From: the human T2T-CHM13v2.0 reference genome, Homo sapiens
Reading direction: 5' to 3' (one strand)
Assembly (NCBI RefSeq): GCF_009914755.1
Contig: NC_060931.1
Length of the DNA: 64,000 nt
Made by a program: the position numbers and the translations under genes. Position 1 is the stretch's first letter, and every line of letters starts with the position of its first letter. The notes below the pieces were generated by a model, which did no database searches, had not been told where the DNA came from, and worked only from the letters and a program-made list of their open reading frames with translations. Below, one piece after another: positions 30,563 to 42,700 of this stretch.

Positions 30563-31729
30563 TTTTTTTAAAGACCCAATAAACTAACAAGCACACATAT
30601 ATTTGGTGGCTGCAAGTGCTCTGGAGAATAACAATGAGGGGTAAAATGATTAGGGAGTGTGAGAGAACACTGGAAATGTAAGAGAGTCAAAGCCTCTCTG
30701 ATGAGATGTCTTGAAGGCAGGAGCAGGTCACAAATAGATCCGAGGAAATGCATTCTTGGAATAGGGAATAGCAAATGCAGAAGCAAATCGCTGTTTGCAC
30801 TCCAGTAATTGGGGATCCCTAAATATTACAAGTGACCATTTTCTCAAGTTAAAAACAGATCATGAAAAGCATTCAGGTTTTGTCGTAGTTTATTTTAACT
30901 TGAATAATTTTGGACTTCCAGACTGTAATACTTTGTCAACTGTCTCATAAAAATGAGTATCATCAATTATGTCTTATGCTGAGATGAACATTTTTTTCTA
31001 AAATAAAAAATCAAAATTTAAACTCTTCCTATGCTTATGATAATTTTCCAAGAGAAATTAGTAACAGGTACACCTGTAAGCAAAATATCTTATAAATACC
31101 ACAAATCACTTTAGCAAATAAAACCTATCTTCTAAGATGAGAGGTAATATCTGTTAGAAACCCAAAGAGGGCTTATTTCTGTCCTGAATAACCTGAAAAA
31201 TGACACTTTTGTCTACTCTTTAGGGCAGTATTGTTTCTTACCTCGCATTATTGTTAGAAAACAACAACAACACAGCACTCTTTATCTGGACATAAACTTT
31301 TTCATGGGACACCTGTTTTTCCCAGTCTCTTACTATTCCATACAACCCACAATTTTCTGAATCAGAAGGAATTTATGTATTCATTTCACAAGCAGTATGT
31401 TATAATCAGTCTTTCTGGTCTTTAGTAGATTCATGTCATGGCTATTTTTATATTGGAGACATTCTTTACAAAGTCTTTTGACTTTATCTTCTAATTTAGA
31501 CTCTCATCTTTGTCTCAAGATAATTTGCTTTCAATTTTTTTTTCAAATAGTTAGCTAATTTTCACTGTTCAGTTATAAAATTACTATTAGATAGATCTTG
31601 GCTTTTCTACATCTGAACCCTGTGTTGCTTTCCTCTCACATTTCTAAGTCTTTGTCTTTTTTGCCTCATATTATGGATTTGCTAACCTCTTTTTCTAGAA
31701 TACTAGTTTGTTCTGCACTTTCAATGGTT

Positions 31730-32127
31730 TGGCAATGGTTTATTAGTCCCCACCAAAACTCACATTGAAATTTGATCCCAAATGTGGTGGTATTAGGAGG
31801 TGAGACCTAATGGGAGGTGTTTGGATCATGGAAATGGATCCCTCACAAAGGGCTTAGTGGCATTGTTGTGGTACTGAGTTCTTGCTCTGGCAAGACTGGA
31901 TTAGTTCTCATGGGAATGAGTGAGTTCCCTTGTCTATGGGTTGTTATAAAGCCAGGCTACCCCTTGATCTGCTTCCCCTTTGACCTTCTCTGCCATGCTG
32001 TGATGCAGCATGAAAGCCCTCACCAGAAGCCAGGGCCATGATCTTGAACTTCCCAGCCTGCATCTTTTCTTTATAAACTACCCAGCCTCAGGTATTTGAC
32101 TATAGCAATGCTAAATGAACTGAGACA
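31730..32127 (+). mobile_element. MaLR solo LTR (MST-like)
   Basis: ccccaccaaaactcacattgaaatttgatccc..cccagcctcaggtatt..tatagcaa..ctgagaca. Confidence 0.8.
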
Positions 32128-33179
32128 CCACCATATTTTGATATTTGTTTTAATTTCGGAGAACTCTTTTTTGTGTGTAATATGATTGCTCCTTTGTTAT
32201 AGTACTCTTATTTTGGTTTGGTTCAACAACTTCTTAAATCTCTCTGAGGCTGTTAATTAGATTATTGAAAATTGTTTCTATTGTTATACATTTTATTCTA
32301 TTCCATTTCCTTTGAGAATAGAATGTTCCCTTTGTTAATTTCCTTTATACTTTTGGTCTGTATCAAATGTTTTGTGATCTTTGGTCATCTGTTTATATTT
32401 ACAAAGGACCAGAGTAATTGAAAAATCTGTCATAGGGATTTCTGCCCCCCTCCCCATGCGTTTGTTGGGCATATTTACTCAACAGGATTATTTCATTGAA
32501 TGAAAGGATGGACTGTAGATTCTGAAAGTGGTTGGGACATATTGACAAGTGAGAGTGCATCTGTAGCAGATGAGTAGAAACCAGGCAGGTTAGTAGAACC
32601 CCTCATAATTATCAAAATAGGTAGAAAATTATCATGGAAAAGGAGTGTAATTCTTTCCTGGGATGAGCAGCCTTTCCTTTTTTTTTCCCTTCCATGCCCA
32701 CTGGAAAGATCCAGATATATTCATTTTAGGTCTGCTTTTATATTTGGTTCAACATATAAACTCTGAACCTGTGTAGGAAGAGCTTTCTCTTTACTTAAAT
32801 GTCTTGGGGTCAAATGTCTCTACTGCTTGCCATTCTATGCATTCTGGTAAGTTAAATAGTGGAACTGGTTCTGCTGTGTTGAAATAAATATTTTCCTTGA
32901 TGTGATAATTTGTCCTCCACCCATTTCCATTTTTTGAATATTAGAATTTCTCTTTCTAATGGAAGGAACAGCTCATATATCTAAAGTAACTCTGTTTTTC
33001 TTTCTTAAAATTTTTTTTATTTCCATAGGTTTTGGGGGAACAGGTGGTATTTGGTTACATGAGTTAAGTTCTTTAGTGGTGATTTGTGAGATTTTGGTGC
33101 TGCCATCACCCGAGCAGTAATCACTGAACCCGATTTGTAGTCTTTTATCCCTGATCCCCTTTTCACCCTTTCCCCCTGA

Positions 33180-33499
<320 letters not shown>

Positions 33500-36400
33500 T
33501 TTTGTGTCATTCTTATACCTTTGCATACTCATAGCTCAGTTCCCACTTATGAGTGACAACATACATGTTTGGCTTTCCATTCCTGAGTTATTTCACTTAG
33601 AATAATAGTCTCTAATCCCATCCAGGTTGTTGCGAATGCCATTAGTTCATTCCTTTTTAAGGCTGAATATTCCTTCATATATAAATACCACAATTTCTTT
33701 ATCCACTTGTTGATTGATGGGCTTTTGGGTTGGTTCCACATATTTGCAATTGTGAATTGTGCTCCTCTAAACATGCATGTGCAATGACTTCTTTTCCTCT
33801 GGGTAGATCCCCAGTGTTGGGGTTGCTGGAACAAATGGTAGTTCTACTTTTATTCTTTAAGGAATCTCCACACTGCTTTCCATAGTGATTGTACTAGGTT
33901 ACATTCCCACCAGCAGTGTGGAAGTGTTCCCGTTCACTACACCCACATGGACATCTATTATTTTTTGATTTTTTGATGACGGCCATTCTTGCAGGAGTAA
34001 GGTGGTATCACATAGTGGTTTTGATTTGCATTTCCCTCATCATTAGTGATATTGAACATTTTTTCATATGTTTGATGGCCCGTGTATATCTTCTTTTGAT
34101 AGTTTTCTATTCATGTCCTTAGCCCACTTTTTGATGAGATTGTTTGTTTTTTTCTTGCTAATTTTTTTGAGTTTGTTGTAGATTCTGGATATTAGTCCTT
34201 TGTCTGATGTATAGATTTTTAAGATTTTCTCCCACTCTGTGGGTTGTCTGTTTACTCTGCTGACTGTTCCTTTTGCCATGCAAAATCTCTTTAGTTTAAT
34301 TAAGTTCCACCTATTTATCTTTGTTTTTTTCATGCATTTGCTTTTGAGTTCTTGGTCATGAAATCCTTGCCTAAGTCAATGTCTAGGAGGATTTTTCCAA
34401 TGTTATCTTCTGGAATTTTTATAGTTTCACATCTTAGATTTAAGTTCTTGATTCTTCATCTTGAGTTGATTTTTGTATAATGTGAGGGATGAGGGTACAG
34501 TTTTATTTTCCTACTTGTGACTTGCCAATTATCCCAGCATCATTTGTTGAAAAGGGTGTCCTTTCCCCACTTCATGTTTTTGTTTGCTTTGTTGAAGATC
34601 AGCTGACTGTAAGTATTTGGGTTTATTTCTGAGTTCTCTATTCTGTTTGATTGGTCTATGTGCCTATTTTTATATCAGTATTATGCTGTTTTGGTGACGA
34701 TGGTCTTATAGTATAGTTTGAAATCAGGTAGTGTGATGCTCCAGGTTTGTTCTTTTTGCTTAGTCTTGCTTTGGCTGTGTGGGCTCTTTTTTGGTTCCGT
34801 AGGAATTTTAGGATTGTTTTTTCTAGTTCTATGAAGAATCATGGTGGTATTTTGATAGGGATTGCATTGAATTTGTAGATTGCTTTTGGCAGTGTGGTCA
34901 TTTTCACAGTATTGATTATACCCATCCATGAGCATGGGATGTGTTTCTTTTTGTTTGTGGCATCTATGATTTCTTTCAGCAGTGTTTTGTAATTTTCCTT
35001 GTAGAGGTCTTTCACCTCCTTAGTTAGATATATTTCTAAGTATTTTAGTTTTTTTTGCGGTTATTGTAAAAGGGGTTGAGTTCTTGATTGGATTCTCAGC
35101 TTGGTTGCTGTTGGTTTATAGAAGAGCTACTGATTTGTGTACATTAATTTTGTATCCAGAAACTTTGCTGAATTCTTTTAACAGCTCTAGGAGCTTTTCG
35201 GAGGATTCTTTAGGGTTTTCTAGGCATGCAGTCATATCATCAGAAAACAGTGACATTGACTTCCTCTTTACCGATTTGGATGTTATTTCTTTCTCTTGTC
35301 TGATTGCTCTGGCTAAGACTTCCAGTACTATGTTGAAGAGAAATGGTGAGAGTGGGCATCCTTGTCTTGTTCCAGTTCTCAGAGGGAATGCTTTCAGCTT
35401 TTCCCCATTCAGTATTATGTTGGCTGTGGGTTTGTCATAGATAGCTTTTATTGCATTGAGGTATGTCCCTTATATGCTGATTTTGCTGAGAGTTTTAATC
35501 ATAAAGGGACAATGGATTTTGTCAAATGCTTTTTCTGCATCTATTGAGATGATCATGTGATTTTTGTTTTTAATTCTGTTTGTGTGGTGTATCACATTTA
35601 TTGACTTGCATATGTTAAACCATCCCTGCATCCCTGCTATGAAACCCACTTGATCATGGTGGATTGTCTTTTTGGTATGTTGTTGGGTTCAGTTAACTAG
35701 TATTTTGTTAAGGATTTTTGTATCTATGCTCATCAGTAATATTGGTCTGTAGTTTGTTTTTTTTTGGTTATGTCCTTTCATGGTTTTGGGATTAGGGTGA
35801 TACTGGCTTCATAGAATGATTTAGGGAGGAATCTCTCTTTCTCTATCTTGTGGAATAGTGTCAATAAGTTTGGTACCACTTCTTTGACTATCTTGTAGAA
35901 TTCAGCTGTGAATCTGTCTGGTCCTGGACTTTTTCATTGGTAATTTTTTTTTGTTACCATTTCAATCTCTCTGTTTGTTATTGGTCTGTTCAGGGTATCT
36001 AATTCTTCCTGATTTAAGCTAGGAGGGTGGTTATTTTTCCAGGAATTTATCCATCTCCTTTAGGTTTTATAGTTTATGCATGTAAAGGTGTTCATAGTAG
36101 CCTTGAAATGATCTTTTATATTTCAGTGGTGTCAGTTGTAGTATCTCCTGTTTTGTTTCTAATTGAGCTTATTTGGATTTTCTGTATTCTTTTCTCGATA
36201 ATCTTGCTAATGGTCTATCAATTTTACTTATCTTTTCAAAGAAGCAGGTTTTATTTCATTTATCTTTTGTATTTTTTTGTTTCAATTTTATTTAGTTCTG
36301 CTCTGATCTTGGTTATTTCCTTTATTCTACTGGATGTGGGTCTGATTTGTTCTTATTTCTCTAGTTCCTTGCAGTGTGACCTTAGATTGTCTATTTATGC

Positions 36401-37465
36401 TTTTTCAGACTTTTTGATATAGACATTTAGGGCTACGAACTTTCCTCTTAGCACTGCCTTTGCTGTATCCCAGAGGTTTTAATAGGTTGTGTCACTATTG
36501 CCATTTGGTTCAAAAATTTTTTAAATTTCCTTCTTTATTTCACTGTTGACCCAATGATCATTCAGGAGCAGGTTTAATTTCCATGTATTTGCATGGTTTT
36601 AAAGCTTCCTTTTTGGAGTTGATTTCCAGTTTTATTCCACTGTGCTCTGAGACACTACTTGATATGATTTCAATTTTCTTAAATTTATTGAGACTTGTTT
36701 CATGGCCTATCATATGGTCTATATTGGAGAACATTCCATGTGCTGATAAATAGACAATATATTCTGTGGTTGTTGGGTAGAATATTCAGTAAATATCTTT
36801 TAAGTCCATTTGTTCCAAGGTATAGTTTATATCCACTGTTTCTTTGTTGACTTTCTTCTTGATGACCTGTCTAGTGCTGTCAGTGTAGTATTGAAGTCCC
36901 CCACTATTATTATTGTGTTGCTGTCTATCTAATTTCTTAGGTCTAGTAGTAATTGTTTTATAAATTTGGGAGCTCCAGTGTTAGGTGCATATATATTCAG
37001 GATTGTGATATTTTCCTGTTGTAGAAGGCCTTTTATTACTACATCATGTCCTTCTTTGTCTTTTTTAACTGCTGTTGCTTTAAAGTTTGTTTTGTCTGAT
37101 ATAAGGATAGCTACTCCTGCTCACTTTTAGTGTCCATTTGCATGGAATATCTTTTTCCACCCCTCTACCTTAAGTTTATATGAGTCCTTATGTGTTAGGT
37201 GAGTCCTGAAGGCAGCATTGATAGTTGGTTGGTAAAATCTTATCCATTCTGCAATTCTATATCTTTTAAGTGGAGCATTTAGGCCATTTACATTCAACGT
37301 TAGTACAGAGATGTAAGGTACTAGTCCATACATTGTGTTATTTGTTGCCTGTATATCTTTTTTTTTTTCAATGTCTTTTTGTTTTATAGGTCCTGTGAGA
37401 TTTATGCTTTAAAGAGGTTCTGTTTTGATATGTTTCCAGGATTTGTTTCAAGATTTGGAGCTCTT

Positions 37466-37777
37466 GGCCAGGTGGTGGCTCATGCCTGTAATCCCAGCAC
37501 CCTGGGAGGCCAAGGCGGGTGGATCACTTGAGGTCAGCAGTCTGAAACCAGCCTGGCTGACGTGGCAAAACCCTGTCTCTACTAATAAGCAAAAATTAGC
37601 TGGGCGCAGTGGTGGGTGCCTGTAATCCCAGTTACTCAGGGGACTGAGACAGGAGAATCGCTTGAATCCTGGAGGCCAAGGCTGCAGTGAGCCAAGGTTG
37701 CACTACAGCCTGGGCAACAAAGCGAGACTACATCTCAAAAACAAAAACAGAAACAAAAAAAAAAGAAAGAAAAAAAA
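37466..37777 (+). mobile_element. AluS-like nested in L1PB
   Basis: TSD-like aagatttgg[a]gctc on both sides. Confidence 0.9.
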
Positions 37778-38066
37778 GATTTGGGCTCCTTTTAACAGTT
37801 CTTGTAGTTCTGCCTTGGTAGTGGTGAATTCTCTCAGCATTTGTTTGTCTGAAAAAGACTATCTTTCCTTCATTTGTGAAGATTAGTTTTGCTGGATACA
37901 AAACTCTTGACTTAAAATTGTTTTGTTTAAGAGGGCTGAAGATAGGACCCCAATCCCTTATAACTTGTAAGGTTTCTGCTGGGAAATCTGCTGTTAATCT
38001 GTAGGTTTTCCTTTACAGGTTACCTGATGCTTTTGTCTCACAGCTCTTAAGATTCTTTCCTGCATC

Positions 38067-39281
38067 AAAAAGGAAGTGTTTAAGTAGATTTTTGTCAACT
38101 AGCAAATGCCATTTTAGTCTGAGCATTTCACCACCTCATTCTACACCATCTGTCTCTCAGGGAGCAATTAATCTGAAACTCCAACATGCAGCATTAAAAT
38201 TCTATTAACACTGAACAGAATATTAACGTGTCTGGCATTGCCATTTTTTTTTTAAATTATACTTTAAGTTTTAGGGTACATGTGCACAACGTGCAAATTA
38301 GTTACATATGTATACATGCGCCATGTTGGTGTGCTGCACCCATTAACTCGTCATTTAACATTAGGTATATCTTCTAATGCTATCCCTCCCCCCTCCCCCC
38401 ACCCCACAACAGGCCCCGGTGTGTGATGTTCCCCTTCCTGTGTTCTCATTGTTCAATTCCCACCTATGAGTGAGAACGCACGGTGTTTGGTTTTTTGTCC
38501 TTGCGATAGTTTGCTGAGAATGATGGTTTCCAGCTTCATCCATGTCCCTACAAAGGACATGAACTCATCATTTTTTATGGCTGCATAGTATTCTATGGTG
38601 TATATGTGTCACATTTTCTTAATCCAGTCTATCGTTGTTGGACATTTGGCTTGGTTCCAAGTCATTGCTATTGTGAATAGTGCCGCAATAAACATACATG
38701 TGCATGTGTCTTTATAGCAGCATGATTTATAATCCTTTGGGTATACACCCAGTAATGGGATTGCTGGGTCAAATGGTATTTCTAGTTCTAGATCCCTGAG
38801 GAATTGCCACACTGACTTCCACAATGGTTGAACTAGTTTACAGTCCCGCCAACAGTGTAAAAGCATTCCTATTTCTCCACATCCTCTCCAGCATGAATCC
38901 TGACTCCAGACTGTAGTCTCTGTTGTTTACCTCTACCATAGAATTCTTTACAGAGCCTTTTTTTTTTTTTTTTTTGGAAATCAACAGAATTATATACAAA
39001 GAAACTCTGTGGAATTGCTAATATTTAAATAGATTCAGGCATGAAACAGGCCATGTCATGCCTGCTGAAATATTGCAATGAAAAACTACTATTACATAAT
39101 TAATCATGCTACGTATGGGCTTATGTCAAGATCTAATATGACGGACAACCCCAACAAATAATATCAACATTACAAAATGGTTCTACCATTATACTGCCCA
39201 TTTTAAATGTGTTTTGTATAGTTTTTGTATGGCTTTTGCATTGGCTTTTTATAATAAATGATGTCATAAACAGAAAAAAAA
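38067..39281 (+). mobile_element. TSD-flanked polyadenylated non-repeat retro-insert (5'-truncated processed transcript or orphan transduction)
   Basis: TSD AAGATTCTTTCCT[G/T]CATC at 38049-38066 and 39282-39299; AATAAA 39253-39258; A-tail from 39274; TT|AAGA target. Confidence 0.8.
38243..38893 (-). mobile_element. 5'-truncated young LINE-1 3' end (L1PA3/4-like)
   Basis: Poly-T then ttatactttaagttttagggtacatgtgcacaacgtgca; ORF2 C-terminal translation 38609-38866. Confidence 0.9.
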
Positions 39282-39702
39282 AAGATTCTTTCCTTCATCG
39301 TAACTTTAGATAACCTGATGACAATGTGCCTACGTGATAGTCTTTTTATGATGAATTTCCTGGTTGTTCCTTGAGCTTGTTATATTTGGATGTTCAGGTC
39401 TCTAGCAAGGCTGGGGAAGTTTTCCTCAATTATTCCCCCGAATATGTTTTTTTAAACTTTTAGATTTCTCTTTGTCCTCAGGAATACTGATTATTTTTAG
39501 GTTTGGTCGTTTAACATAGTCTCAAACTTCTTGGAGACTTTGTTCATTTTTTCTTTGTCTTTGTTGAATTGGGTTAATTTGAAAACCTTGTCTTAGAGCT
39601 GTGAAGTTATTTCTTCTGCTTGTTTGATTCTATTGCTGAGACTTTCCAGAGCATTTTGCATTTCCATAAGTGCATCCATTATTTCTTGAAGTTTCAATAG
39701 TT

Positions 39703-42700
39703 TTTTTTTTAAATTATTATTATACTTTAAGTTCTGGGTACCTGTGCACAACGTGCAGGTTTGGTATATAGGTATACATGTGCCATGTTGGTTTGCCACA
39801 CCCATCAACTTATCATTTACATTAGGTATTTCTCCTAATGCTATCCCTCCCCCAGCTCTCCCGCCTCTGACAGGCCACGGTGTGTGATGCTCCCCACTCT
39901 TTGTCCAAATGATCTCATTGTTCAATTCCCACCTATGAGTGAGAACATGTGGTGTTTGGTTTTCCATCCCTGTGATAGTTTGCTGAGATTGATGGTTTCT
40001 GGCTTCATCCATGTCCCTGCAAAGGACATGAACTCATCCTTTTTTATGGCTGCATAGTATTCCATGGTGTATATGTGCCACATTTTCTTTATCCAGTCTA
40101 TCATTGCTGGACATTTGGGTTAGTTCCAAGTCTTTGCTATTGTGAATAGTGCCGCAATAAACATGTATGCATGTGTCTTTATAATAGCATGATTTATAAT
40201 CCTTTGGGTATATACCCAGTAATGGGATTGCTGGGTCAAATGGTAATTCTGGTTCTAGATCCTTGAGGAATCGCCACACTGTCTTCCACAATGGTTGAAC
40301 TAATTTACACTTCCACCAACAGTGTAAAAGCATTCCTATTTGTCCACATCCTCTCCAGCATCTGTTGTTTCCTGACTTTTTAATGATTGCCATTCTAACT
40401 GGTGTGAGATGGTATCTCATTGTAGTTGTGATTTGCATTTCTCTGATGACCAGTGATGATGAGAACTTTTTCATGTGTCTGATGGCTGCATAGATATCTT
40501 CTTTTGTGAAGTGTCTGTTCATATCCTTTGCCCACTTTTTAATGGGATTGTTTGTTTTTTTTCTTGTAAATCTGTTTGAGTTCTTTGTAGATTCTGGATC
40601 TTAGCCCTTTGTCAGATGGATAGATTGCAAAAATTTTCTGCCATGCTGTAGGTTGCCTGTTCACTCTGATGGTAGTTTATTTTGCCATGCAGAAGCTCTT
40701 TAGTTTAATTAGATCCCATTTGTCTATTTTGGCTTTTGTTGCCATTGCTTTTGGTGTTTTAGTCATGTAGTCTTTGCCCATGCCTATGGCTTGAATGGTA
40801 TTGCCTAGGTTTTCTTCTAGGGTTTTTATGGCTTTAGGTCTAACATTTAACCTTTAATCCATCTTGATTTAATTTTTGTATAAGGTATAAGGAAGGGATC
40901 CAGTTTCAGCTTTCTACATATGGCTAGCCAGTTTTCCCAGCACCATTTATTAAATAGGGAATCCTTTCCCCATTGCTTGTTTTTGTCAGGTTTGTCAAAG
41001 ATCAGATGGGTATAGATGTGTGGTGTTATTTCTAGGGCCTCTGTTCTGTTCCATTGGTCTATATATCTGTTTTGGTACCAGTACCATGCTGTTTTGGTTA
41101 CTGTAGCCTTGTAGTATAGTTTGAAGTCAGGTAGTGTGATACCTCCAGCTTTGTTCTTTTTGCTTAGGATTGTCTTGGCAATGTGGGCTCTTTTTTGGTT
41201 CCATATGAACTTTAAAGTAGTTTTTTCCAATTCTTTGAAGAAAGTCATTGGTAGCTTGATGGGGATGGCATTGAATCTATAAATTACTTTGGGCAGTACG
41301 GCCATTTTCACGGTATTGATTCTTCCTATGCATGAGCATGGAATATTCTTCCATTTGTTTGTGTCCTCTTTTATTTCATTGAGCAGTGGTTTGTAGTTCT
41401 CCTTGAAGAGGTCCTTCACATCCCTTGTAAATTGGATTCCTAGGTATTTTATTCTCTTTGTAGCAATTGTGAATGGGAGTTCACTCATGATTTGGCTCTC
41501 TGTTTGTCTGTTAATGGTGTACAGGAATGCTTGTGATTTTTGCACATTGATTTTGTGTCCTGAGACCTTGCTGAAGTTGCTTATCAGCTTAAGGAGATTT
41601 TGGGCTGAGACGATGGGGTTTTCTAAATATACAATCATGTCATCTACAAACAGGGACAACTTGACTTCCTCATTTCCTAATTGAATATCCTTTATTTCTT
41701 TCTCTTTCCTGGTTGTCCTGGCCAGAACTTCCAACACTATGTTGAATAGGAGTGGTGAGAGAGGGCATCCTTGTCTTGTGCTGGTTTTCAACAGGAATGC
41801 TTCCAGCTTTTGCCCATTCAGTATGATATTGGCTGTGGGTTTGTCATAAATAGCTCTTATTATTTTGAGATATGTTCCCTCAATACCTAATTTATTGAGA
41901 GTTTTTAGCATGAAGGGCTGTTGAATTTTGTCGAAGGCCTTTTCTACATATATTGAGATAATCATGTGGTTTTTGTCATTGGTTCTGTTTATGTGATGGT
42001 TATGTTTATTGATTTGTGTATGTTGAACAAGCCTTGCGTCCCAGGGATGAAGCCAACTTGATCCGTGATGGATAAGCTTTTTGATGTGCTGCTGGATTCG
42101 GTTTGCCAGTATTTTATTGAGGATTTTTGCATCAATTTTCATCAGGGATATTGGTTTCTAAAATTCTCTTTTCTGTGTGTGTATCTCTGCCAGTCTTTGG
42201 TATCAGGATGATGTTGGCCTCATAGAATGAGTTAGAGAGGATTCCCTCTTTTTCTATTGTTTGGAATAGTTTCAGAAGGAATGGTACCAGCTCATCTTAG
42301 TACCTTTGGTAGAATTCGGCTGTGAATCTGTCTGGTCCTGGACTTTTTTTTGGTTGGTAGGCTATTAATTACTGCCTCAATTTCAGAGCCTGTTATTGGT
42401 CTATTCAGAGATTCAACTTCTTCCTGGTTTAGTCTTGGGAGGGTGTATATGTCCAGGAATTTATCCATTTCTTCTAGATTTTTTAGTTTATTTGCATAGA
42501 GGTGTTTATGGTATTCACTGATGGTAGTTTGTATTTTGTAGGACCAGTGGTGATATCCCGTTTATCATTTTTTATTGCATCTGTGTGATTCTTCTCTCTT
42601 TTCTTCTTTATTAATCTTGCTAGCAGTCTATCGATTTTGTTGATCTTTTCAAAAAACCAGCTCCTGGATTCATTGATTTTTTTGAAGGATTTTTTTGTGT

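Noticed and set aside
40847-42142. 431-aa ORF as a host gene or active reverse transcriptase
   Set aside because: L1 ORF2 fragment flanked by frameshifts; FADD motif reads FVDD; element cannot be autonomous
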